From the IMG/VR virus record IMGVR_UViG_3300045110_000374, positions 1-62,667 of that record: 62,667 bases of DNA; one strand, given 5' to 3'. The notes below the pieces were generated by a model that worked only from the letters and a program-made list of their open reading frames with translations, was not told the DNA's origin and ran no database searches. The stretch comes from a virus. Its lineage: Duplodnaviria; Caudoviricetes. This document shows, piece by piece, positions 55,131-62,667 of this stretch. Position 1 is the stretch's first letter; every line of letters begins with the position of its first letter. A program made the translations under genes and the position numbers.

Positions 55131-55760
55131 ATGCAGCTTCCAGGCTCTGTAAACCAGCAAGCTAGGCATCTCACCTTCGATGCCTCAGGTACGATCACAG
55201 CGGGCGGTACGACGCAGCTCCTCCTTGCCGAAGCCAAATCGCGTTCGTTGCTGTACATCCAGAACATTTCCGACACGGCCATGTATGTTGGCATCGGCTG
55301 CGGGTTTGCAACTGCAACGCTCACCAACGGCGTGGTCACGTCTGTTGCGGTCACCAATGCCGGATTCGGGTTTACCTACGCGCCAGATGTGGCGTTCATT
55401 GGCGGTGGCTATCTGAAACCCGACGGCCGCATCCCAAATATGACAAGCGTGGGCATCGGCCAGCCCGGCTACGACGCGCCGCATAATGTCGCCAAAGGCC
55501 ATGCTGTTCTGACGACTGGAGCGATTTCATCCATCGTGGTCGACAATGGCGGCTCTGCATATTCCGTGGCCCCTTACGTGCAAATCACCAACAGTTTGCG
55601 CGATCCCGTTGGGGCCTGTCTTGCGAGCACAACGACGGGGATTTTGCTCCCGGCTACAGGGGGCACGCTTTTCTTCAATTACACGAATTGCCCGACGGAC
55701 CCGATCTCGATCTTCTGTGCCTCATCGGCGAAAGCCTTCATTTGCAAGTATATGCCGTGA
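55131..55760 (+). CDS. Virion structural protein with VTN.G.G repeats
   Basis: VAVTNAGFG, IVVDNGGSAYS..P repeats as in 43529 and 45416. Confidence 0.65.
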   Translation: MQLPGSVNQQARHLTFDASGTITAGGTTQLLLAEAKSRSLLYIQNISDTAMYVGIGCGFATATLTNGVVTSVAVTNAGFGFTYAPDVAFIGGGYLKPDGRIPNMTSVGIGQPGYDAPHNVAKGHAVLTTGAISSIVVDNGGSAYSVAPYVQITNSLRDPVGACLASTTTGILLPATGGTLFFNYTNCPTDPISIFCASSAKAFICKYMP

Positions 55761-55770
55761 GGGGGCGAAC

Positions 55771-57633
55771 ATGACGGCACCGTCTCTCAAAGTCCAAATC
55801 CAAGGTCAGGGTGTAGTAACCGCGGATGATTTGAACACCTATCAGCAAACTTGCGACACCTTTGCCGACTTGAGAGCCTTCATAGGCATACCGGGCGTGC
55901 AAGTGATTTCGCGCGGCCAGTCGGCAATCAACGACGGGTTTGGTGGCGTTTTCTATTGGAATGCATCAGGCACCGGCCCGGATGACAACCTGAATGATAT
56001 CGTTCCGCCTGGGGTGGCCCTTGGCTGTTGGACTCGCCTCCTGACGAGCAACGCCCAAGTCGGCTTCCTTGCCATAGATACCGTAGCGGCTTTGAGGGCG
56101 CTGCCTGCTTCAAACGCTTCAGCCGGGTCTGCTGTGTATCTCAAGGGCTATTCGTCAGGGAACGACGGGGGCGAGGGGATTTTCTACGTTACAAATGTCA
56201 ACCCTGGCGCCGACAATGGCGGTACGATCATCTGGTCCAGTACGGCTGGCATTTATTACGTTAGAGCGCAGCCTGTAAGAGACTTGCTGAGCCTCAAGTG
56301 GTTTGGCGCTAAGGGTGACGGCGTCACGAACGATTACCCCGCGATCGCTTCTGCGGTTGCCGCAACCCGAGCGAGCAATCTTGGCCAAGCGACGCTGTGG
56401 CTTCCCACCGGAAGATTTCTAGCCAACCAGGGAGTCGACTTCTCCGGGATAAGTGTCGACGGCGCCAGCGCGATTGAATCGATTATTATGCGAGGGCCGA
56501 GTTCGACCGATCTCTACACCGTAAAACTGGATGACACGGCTTACGGCGGTGGATCGTCGCGCATGACCTACAAGAATTTCCAGATCGATGGCAACCAAGC
56601 TGGAAATGCTAACGCCAATTGGTGCCTCGGTCTTCTCGGCAACACACTGAACAATGTATTCACGAATATTCTTCTGCAAAACAACCGCACTGGCGGGCTT
56701 AGATTTGTCAAGAACGCCGGCAACCGCCCTAACGCCAATACCTTCATAAACCTACAAATCCTTAATGGCGTTGGCGTTGGTGCCGACATAAGGGCGGGCC
56801 AAGTCATTAAATTTATCAACCTCACTATCGAGAACATCGTCGGCCAATTCTTTCTTGTCTCCGGGGCTGACGAAGCTGTTGGCCCATTGTCTGTAGATGG
56901 CTACTTCTTCGAGAACAATGGCAACGTCTCTACCGATGCGGTGACGGTGACTGCTGCTTCGGGCGTGTCGGGTGACATTGAATTCAAGAACGGAACGGTC
57001 CAGCAGTACGGCTTGCAGAATGGTTCGGCTGGCCACGGTTTTAATATCGTCAACGCCAAGAGGGTTACGTTAGGTCCCGGGTTAAACATCACGCCGGTTG
57101 CAGGAGCTTCGGCCGCGGGGCACCGGAAAATCTTCATCAACAGCGTGGCCGGCGCGGTAAGCGTTCAGGGCGACAGCTTCACGTCCACGGGCGCTAATGC
57201 CGACATCGAGGACGCTTCCTACGGCGCCGTCTACATCAATGACGATAACAGCTACACACAGTTGTTCATCACCAACACAGGTACGATCGTCAATGGCACG
57301 ACGATATTCATCAGCCCAACCAACCTTCTAGGAACGGTCACAACCTTTGGTAACGCGGCCGCCCGATGGATGGGGCGGGGAAGCTTCCAAATCATATATG
57401 TCGAATCATCGGTTGCTCCTGGGGTGGGTAAAACCTACGCTTGCACGCTCTACAAGAACGGCAATCCTTTTGGCCTAACGGCCACCATCACCAATGCCGC
57501 CCAGTTCGTGACGGGCGCTTTCGCGGCACAGATGTTCGATCAAGATTCTTGGGCAATACAAGTTGCCAGTACTGCTGGCGCTGCGGACATCTTAGCAGGG
57601 CAGCTCAGAATTACCCTCGGTGTTAGACGATGA
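55771..57633 (+). CDS. Tailspike with pectate-lyase-like beta-helix (putative depolymerase)
   Basis: KWFGAKGDGVTNDYPAI..A..LWLPTGRF; Asn/Gly-rich beta-helix; GDGG.G.F..DNGG head motifs. Confidence 0.8.
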   Translation: MTAPSLKVQIQGQGVVTADDLNTYQQTCDTFADLRAFIGIPGVQVISRGQSAINDGFGGVFYWNASGTGPDDNLNDIVPPGVALGCWTRLLTSNAQVGFLAIDTVAALRALPASNASAGSAVYLKGYSSGNDGGEGIFYVTNVNPGADNGGTIIWSSTAGIYYVRAQPVRDLLSLKWFGAKGDGVTNDYPAIASAVAATRASNLGQATLWLPTGRFLANQGVDFSGISVDGASAIESIIMRGPSSTDLYTVKLDDTAYGGGSSRMTYKNFQIDGNQAGNANANWCLGLLGNTLNNVFTNILLQNNRTGGLRFVKNAGNRPNANTFINLQILNGVGVGADIRAGQVIKFINLTIENIVGQFFLVSGADEAVGPLSVDGYFFENNGNVSTDAVTVTAASGVSGDIEFKNGTVQQYGLQNGSAGHGFNIVNAKRVTLGPGLNITPVAGASAAGHRKIFINSVAGAVSVQGDSFTSTGANADIEDASYGAVYINDDNSYTQLFITNTGTIVNGTTIFISPTNLLGTVTTFGNAAARWMGRGSFQIIYVESSVAPGVGKTYACTLYKNGNPFGLTATITNAAQFVTGAFAAQMFDQDSWAIQVASTAGAADILAGQLRITLGVRR

Positions 57634-57736
57634 GCCGCGCCATCGTAGAATTCCAGGGTAAGTTTGTGACCACCAAAAGCGGTAAGCAGCGGTTTGCCAT
57701 GAAGCGCGCAAAAAGACGCGAGTCGGCCCAAGCTGG

Positions 57737-58378
57737 TCAAAAACTTAGCGAAACAGCCTCATCGCGTGCATGCGAGATTTCGGCCATACGCCCCGAGTCT
57801 CCACCGAGGTCCGGGTGATGCTTTTTTGCGAGGTCGCGGAATCGCTTGTCGATCTCATCTATGTCTGTCGTCGGCTTCATGCCAAGAATGTCCCAACACG
57901 ACTTTGGCGCGGGTAGGGCAGTGAAACCGCTGAAAGCCCGCTCCAAGATTTGGCCTCCGCCATGGCGCTCGATCGCGCGCATCGCCTCAAGCGTGGCAGC
58001 AATGGCGGCAAGGTTGTCTGCGGCCCGGTCATAACGGTCGATTGCCATCACCTTCATCACCTTCTCTTCGCCTCTGCGCCAATAGACGGCAACACCGGGG
58101 TCGATCGGTTCTTTCTGGCCGGAACGCGGCAAGCCATCCCGGTTGATTTCGAGATTGGAGCTGATGACCGTTCGCCCTTGCATCGCGCCAAGGCGGCTCA
58201 GTTCATAGATCACCCGCTTGGTGGCTTCTGCGATGGTGAGGTCTCTTTTGGTCATCCACGCGATTTGCGGATTGTCGGCGCGAACGACACGTTCTCCTTT
58301 GGCAAACTTCGCGTGCCTGCGGTGCTGAGTGCGGGGCCAGCCTTGGGGCCATGCGAGGGGAAAAGCGGAAACACTCAT
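57737..58378 (-). CDS. DnaJ-domain-containing phage protein
   Basis: AFPL.WP.GWPRT N-terminus; DPGVAVYW; C-terminal LAKKHHPDLGG J-domain. Confidence 0.85.
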   Translation of the reverse strand: MSVSAFPLAWPQGWPRTQHRRHAKFAKGERVVRADNPQIAWMTKRDLTIAEATKRVIYELSRLGAMQGRTVISSNLEINRDGLPRSGQKEPIDPGVAVYWRRGEEKVMKVMAIDRYDRAADNLAAIAATLEAMRAIERHGGGQILERAFSGFTALPAPKSCWDILGMKPTTDIDEIDKRFRDLAKKHHPDLGGDSGRMAEISHARDEAVSLSF

Positions 58379-58743
58379 CGTCGTTGCTGCCTCCATGTTG
58401 AGGTTTTTTTCTTCTTACGCTCTGACGGCGTTCGTCTTGGCTTGCGCTTCACGGTGAGCTTGCCCGCGCGCAAGCGTTTGTCCTTGGCGATCTTATGCTT
58501 GGAGCTGCCGAGAGTCGTAGCCTTCGTGCCGTTGGTGATCTTCGCGTGTTCGTGCTTGAAGCTGTAACGGCAATTGCGAGGCTCGTCTGGACCATCAAGC
58601 GCCAATTCCGCGAGGTGTTCCCGCTCAACGAGGTTCACGGTGTCTACCGTGATCGGGATGTTGCTTCTGAAGCAGCGGATTTCGACGCCTTGGTGCAGGA
58701 GCGTTGCGAGGACTTCGCGCTCGGAAAAACGCCTACGCGCCAT
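58375..58743 (-). CDS. HNH-like nuclease
   Basis: EREH...LAL.G.D...N......H..IT, KHKIAK.KR. Confidence 0.65.
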   Translation of the reverse strand: MARRRFSEREVLATLLHQGVEIRCFRSNIPITVDTVNLVEREHLAELALDGPDEPRNCRYSFKHEHAKITNGTKATTLGSSKHKIAKDKRLRAGKLTVKRKPRRTPSERKKKKTSTWRQQRR

Positions 58744-59203
58744 CTTGCACCCTCTTGGCGGTGTATTGGTTGGCCGACCGCCCCTTCCTGGCCATATCCT
58801 GACTGTTGTCTAAATGTGTCCCCACGAAGAAGTGTTTTGGGTTGCAGCAAATTCGATTGTCACAGGTGTGGCAGACCAGAAGTTCATCCGGGATGGGACC
58901 AACGACCGCGGTGTACGCGAAACGATGGGCGAGCACGTTCGTCTGCCCAGTCTTGGTGGTGAGTGTGAAATTGCCGTAACCGTGAGCGGTCGCGCCGACC
59001 CACGGCCAGCATTCATCAGGCTCACGGCAGTCGACGTGACCCCAAAACCGTGCCATCGCCCCAGCTATGGCACGGAGGCGCCACATCTTCGTCTTGCATG
59101 TCGGAGAGCAGTATTGGGGCTTAGCAGCACGGTTCGCGTTGATCGCATACCCTCGATCGAAGGCGTCTCCGCATTGGGCGCAGGTTACGTGGCGCGAAGT
59201 CAT
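58733..59203 (-). CDS. HNH homing endonuclease
   Basis: CW.W.G...GYG..LAHR.AY...[15 protein letters not shown]. Confidence 0.9.
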   Translation of the reverse strand: MTSRHVTCAQCGDAFDRGYAINANRAAKPQYCSPTCKTKMWRLRAIAGAMARFWGHVDCREPDECWPWVGATAHGYGNFTLTTKTGQTNVLAHRFAYTAVVGPIPDELLVCHTCDNRICCNPKHFFVGTHLDNSQDMARKGRSANQYTAKRVQDGA

Positions 59204-59613
59204 GTCATTCCTCTCGGTAGCAAAAGATCAGCCACGGAAGCGGGGTCTATCTTCCAACGTTCGTAAACGATTTGAACCGCTTCATTAAAGAAAGTTCGGA
59301 AGGCGACCTCATCCATCTCGGCAAAGGAGATGGACCGCACGCGCAGAACTTCGCGCCCGCCAGTGGTCATAAAAACATCTGCGTGACCTGTCTCCACTCG
59401 CAACGCCCAATCCACCCACTCTGCGTCTTTCCCAATCCCATGCCCGATGCGAGAGCAAAGCGCCCAATACAGTCTGTGGAACTCCAGGTTTCTTGGTTGC
59501 TTCAGGTCGGCTTTGATCGGCTTTCCACGCGGTAATTTCTCGAATTCTTCTGCGGCATCTTTATCGTATGGAACAAGATTGCTCCCAACGCGACGCACCC
59601 AGACCGTAGTCAT
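59200..59613 (-). CDS. DUF1367/NinB-like protein
   Basis: [26 protein letters not shown]. Confidence 0.8.
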   Translation of the reverse strand: MTTVWVRRVGSNLVPYDKDAAEEFEKLPRGKPIKADLKQPRNLEFHRLYWALCSRIGHGIGKDAEWVDWALRVETGHADVFMTTGGREVLRVRSISFAEMDEVAFRTFFNEAVQIVYERWKIDPASVADLLLPRGMT

Positions 59614-59819
59614 TTCCGCTTTTTCGCCTTGTCCATGAACTGCCCCTTACAGAACGGGCTGCAAAAATTCTTCCAGGCTCCCGCGAGGTTCTTTCCAGGT
59701 CAGCCATTCCTGATTGCGGAGTTCTTCCCTCGCTTCGTCGAACCCCGTGCACTTGGTCTCCAATGTCTCGTGGCACTCGTCGCATTCCGCAATTAGGTAG
59801 CCACGGTCGCGTGTCAGGC

Positions 59820-61283
59820 TCATTTCTTCTTCCTCGTCGCATCCAAGAACACGCGTTGGCGATCGGTCGCCACCTTGTCGAACCACTTGAAGAACTCTGG
59901 CGACAAGACGCTTTGGTAGACCTTGCGCAAATCGGTGACGTCTTTGACGCCTTTGCACGCCTCAAGCTCGGCGAGCAAAATCGCCTGGGCACGGGCGCTT
60001 GCAAGTTTTCTGAAGTCGGCGGCGATCTCTTCAGTGACGTTGGCATTCACCACATCGCGCAACTCCACAATGTCCTTGTAGGCCTTGCAGTTTGCGAGTT
60101 CGGCGACTTGGTCCTTGTACCAGTCGGCAAGCTCCTGTTCGGCCGACGCTGTAGTGGCCTCCTTGGTCTGTTCGGGTTCTTTGGTTTGCTCGGGCTCGAC
60201 CTTGCCGGCGGCCGGGCGCGCCTCGGGTTTGGTCGGATCGAATTCGTCGCAGCCGCACTTGGCGCAGTGATCGGGCTGTATGGCATAGAACTCTCCGCAC
60301 CCGATGCAATAGACGTCCTTCGGTTTGGCCGGGTCCTTGGGCTTTTCGGCCTCTTTGGGTGTTTCCTTGGGCGCTTCTGTGGCTTTGGGCTTAGCCGCCT
60401 CCTTGGGCTGCGAGGCTTCACGGCCAGCCGCGGCTGTCGTCTTGGGCTTAGTGTCGGCCCCCTGGGTAGGCTTGGCCGTCTCCACCTTTCCTGCCGCCTC
60501 TGTGCGTGTGAACTCGTTTGGCCCCTTTGGGCGTGGCGGGGCAAGCAACACCCCCGCGGTCTCCGTGAAATCGAAGTTCTCTTCGTCGTCGCGTTTAATG
60601 ATTTCCTCAAGCTTTTCACTGACCGGAACCGATTTCATCCCACGGCGAATCACGCTTTTGCGGTAGCCTTCCTCTGAAAACTTCGTCCACATAAGACTGT
60701 TTGGCGCTTTGGATTGGGCGCGCACGGCTTCAACCATCGGCGCATCCATCACCTCCCGATGCAGGATGACCCCGGTCTCACGTTTGAAAATGGCGTAGGC
60801 CCCGACCTTTTGGCCGCGTGGCGTTCCGAGCGGCGCCGGCACATGCTCGATCATCGGGTTGTCGCCCTGGTGCCAGATAAATCTGTCGTTCTCGTAGACC
60901 ACCTGGGCATCGATGCCGATCCCGTCCAACTCGCGAGCCCGCTTGCGCAAGCCATGCGTCATTGGATTCCACTGCGCGATGTCCGAATAAACGCCGTGCG
61001 AGTCCTTGGTACTGTAAACCGTGATGACGCCCTCGCGGCCATCGGGCAAGATCCCGTCTTGGGCGCTTTTGGTGATGGCCGAGAACAGACTTCGCGGCGT
61101 TGCTCTTAAGAGTTCTGGGGTTTGTTTGACCGCTGCGATCGCCGAACTCAGAAACCGCTCCTTCGTGACATGGGTCGGAAGCATGGCGGCAATCTCGCGC
61201 TCGCGGGTTTGCAGCTCGCCTTGAAACTCTTGCCATGCCGCAAGCGCCGTTCCGGGCTTTTGGGTTTGGACAACGTCATTCAT
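59820..61283 (-). CDS. recT: RecT-family single-strand annealing recombinase with long C-terminal extension
   Basis: LP.HVT.ERF...A..A....P.L....P.SL..A....A.DG..PDG.E, VYEND.F, GAYAI, W..F.EE...KSVIRR..K.VP.S. Confidence 0.9.
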   Translation of the reverse strand: MNDVVQTQKPGTALAAWQEFQGELQTREREIAAMLPTHVTKERFLSSAIAAVKQTPELLRATPRSLFSAITKSAQDGILPDGREGVITVYSTKDSHGVYSDIAQWNPMTHGLRKRARELDGIGIDAQVVYENDRFIWHQGDNPMIEHVPAPLGTPRGQKVGAYAIFKRETGVILHREVMDAPMVEAVRAQSKAPNSLMWTKFSEEGYRKSVIRRGMKSVPVSEKLEEIIKRDDEENFDFTETAGVLLAPPRPKGPNEFTRTEAAGKVETAKPTQGADTKPKTTAAAGREASQPKEAAKPKATEAPKETPKEAEKPKDPAKPKDVYCIGCGEFYAIQPDHCAKCGCDEFDPTKPEARPAAGKVEPEQTKEPEQTKEATTASAEQELADWYKDQVAELANCKAYKDIVELRDVVNANVTEEIAADFRKLASARAQAILLAELEACKGVKDVTDLRKVYQSVLSPEFFKWFDKVATDRQRVFLDATRKKK

Positions 61284-61638
61284 CGCTTTCTCCCATCTCT
61301 TCGTATGTCGCGTGGTCTTCTTCGGCTTGAGCTTCTTCGGCGCGCCGCATGTCGTCATAGGTAAGGCGGCCGTAAGCCGCGCGCGGTTTGTTGATGCGCT
61401 CGACGGTCGCGAGGTCGCACGGCGTCAACGAGAACACCGACGCTCCACCGTAGAAATGCGAGGTAAACCCGTTCTCGAATTTGCCGTCTTTGGGTACGTC
61501 GATACGCAAAAGCTTCGTACCGAACCGGTCGACCTCAAAGATGCGGCCGGCGTGCGAGCGATGGCCGAAGATTTCAATCACTGCGAATTCCGGTGTGTCG
61601 TCTGGCTTGAACTCGCCGGGTTGGATTTCGTCGGTCAT
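61276..61638 (-). CDS. Conserved hypothetical phage protein
   Basis: AVIEIFGH...AGR..EV..FG..LLRIDVP..FYGG.SVF..TP. Confidence 0.75.
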   Translation of the reverse strand: MTDEIQPGEFKPDDTPEFAVIEIFGHRSHAGRIFEVDRFGTKLLRIDVPKDGKFENGFTSHFYGGASVFSLTPCDLATVERINKPRAAYGRLTYDDMRRAEEAQAEEDHATYEEMGESDE

Positions 61639-62246
61639 TGTCTAAACCACCAAATCTTTTGGTCCAAAACCTCGATCTTCAACGAAGAAGCATCTTCGTA
61701 GTCGTCGCTGTCCGTCGTCGCGTAGATGGGTTTAGGAAACCGATCTGGGCCGTCTGGTTTGATGATGATGCAGCCCTGGTCCTCAATAAGCCTGCTTATG
61801 ACAGCCGGTGTGCGGTCGTAGAAAATCTTGCGTCCGACAAGACGTTCGCGCTCAGTTTTCGACAGCCATGCGGAAGAATGCTCGCTAAGCTTACCAATGA
61901 GGTGGTCGGCGTGGCGAAGTGCCCATTGCGGATCGCGAAAAAAGAACTCCCAGACGACAACACCGTCTGCCAAGATTTTCCCGCTGCCCCCTTTGCGGAC
62001 TTCATCGCCAGAGTAGTGCGATTCCTTTACGTAGTTCGAACTCTCCAAGTGCACGTCGATAAGGACGCGATGGCCATCGAACCCGATCGGCTCTTTCTGA
62101 CCGAAGTCAACGTAGTGCCTGTTGTCTTGACGGCTATGAGGGTTCTCCCCGTAGATGAGAGGGTATCTGTTCCTCCCGACCATCACGGTGCCATGGTCAC
62201 TCCACTTCGAACGATCCCCCGCGCCCCAATTGTCATCAGTCATCAA
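61635..62246 (-). CDS. Hypothetical protein
   Basis: Coupled on both sides. Confidence 0.7.
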   Translation of the reverse strand: MMTDDNWGAGDRSKWSDHGTVMVGRNRYPLIYGENPHSRQDNRHYVDFGQKEPIGFDGHRVLIDVHLESSNYVKESHYSGDEVRKGGSGKILADGVVVWEFFFRDPQWALRHADHLIGKLSEHSSAWLSKTERERLVGRKIFYDRTPAVISRLIEDQGCIIIKPDGPDRFPKPIYATTDSDDYEDASSLKIEVLDQKIWWFRQ

Positions 62247-62667
62247 GCTCTCCCGCTTGTCGAATGGTCGATAAAGAACGTCACGCCTTTCACTGGCTGA
62301 GTCCCGGCTTTGAGTTCCGCACGAATCGTACCCCCATTCGCCTTGGCATAGGCGTTCAAGGCCTTCTCGATCGACTTGTCGTCGAGGTATGGGCGGAGCG
62401 CGTTTAGGTCCAGCGTCTCGCGATTGACGTCGCGGTGGTTCAAAAATTCACGAAGTGAACTTATGCCGCCCCTTCCGCCCCTGGCCCGCGTCAGATCGGC
62501 AGCTTTCGCGTTTGCCGCCTGATCGGCCGCGGCGCGTTCCTCTGCCGCCTTTGCTTCGGCCAATGCCGCCGTTTCGGCCGCGCGCTTGGCCGCTGCTGCG
62601 GCTGCTTCGGCCGCGGCCTTGCTCTCTTCGCTGCGCTTGCGGTTGGCGGCGCGCTGGGCTTCAAGCG
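62243..62667 (-). CDS. 3' part of the junction-spanning coiled-coil protein (starts at 662)
   Basis: In frame with 1..662 through the 127-bp overlap; ends ..KGVTFFIDHSTSGRA. Confidence 0.8.
   Translation of the reverse strand, partial: LEAQRAANRKRSEESKAAAEAAAAAAKRAAETAALAEAKAAEERAAADQAANAKAADLTRARGGRGGISSLREFLNHRDVNRETLDLNALRPYLDDKSIEKALNAYAKANGGTIRAELKAGTQPVKGVTFFIDHSTSGRA
62541..62667. repeat. Terminal direct repeat, right copy
   Basis: Identical to 1-127. Confidence 0.95.

Noticed and set aside
1-62667. tRNA, rRNA or IS elements
   Set aside because: No cloverleaf/T-loop signature or transposase recognised by eye; tRNAscan-SE would be needed to exclude tRNAs formally

Overview
The window is an apparently complete, circularly closed ~62,540-bp dsDNA tailed-phage genome; bases 1-127 are repeated exactly at 62541-62667. 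The structural module (terminase, portal, capsid, adaptor, nozzle, three ejection-type proteins, no tape measure) is podovirus-like. GcrA-, GapR- and DUF3309-like genes and a near-consensus CtrA box point to an alphaproteobacterial host. Other modules: recombination/replication (RecT, 5'-3' exonuclease, RuvC, SF2 helicase, primase, beta-clamp-like protein), a serine resolvase, about nine HNH-type endonucleases, an Acb2-like anti-CBASS protein, a glycosyltransferase-sulfotransferase fusion and an inverted tail-fibre cassette. The most striking feature lies between terminase and portal on the minus strand. There a stand-alone Cas7/RAMP-like gene and an accessory gene are flanked by non-coding arrays with 5-nt periodicity (GGY-NN-type pentamers, in ~58-nt units separated by GGCAGGC), each array closed by a hairpin. 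This looks like a non-CRISPR RNA-guided system, resembling what I recall being reported as VIPR. Reading only the variable dinucleotides of one unit gives a peptide pattern resembling this phage's own terminase, which hints at targeting of related phages. All functional calls come from motif recognition by eye; no searches were run.
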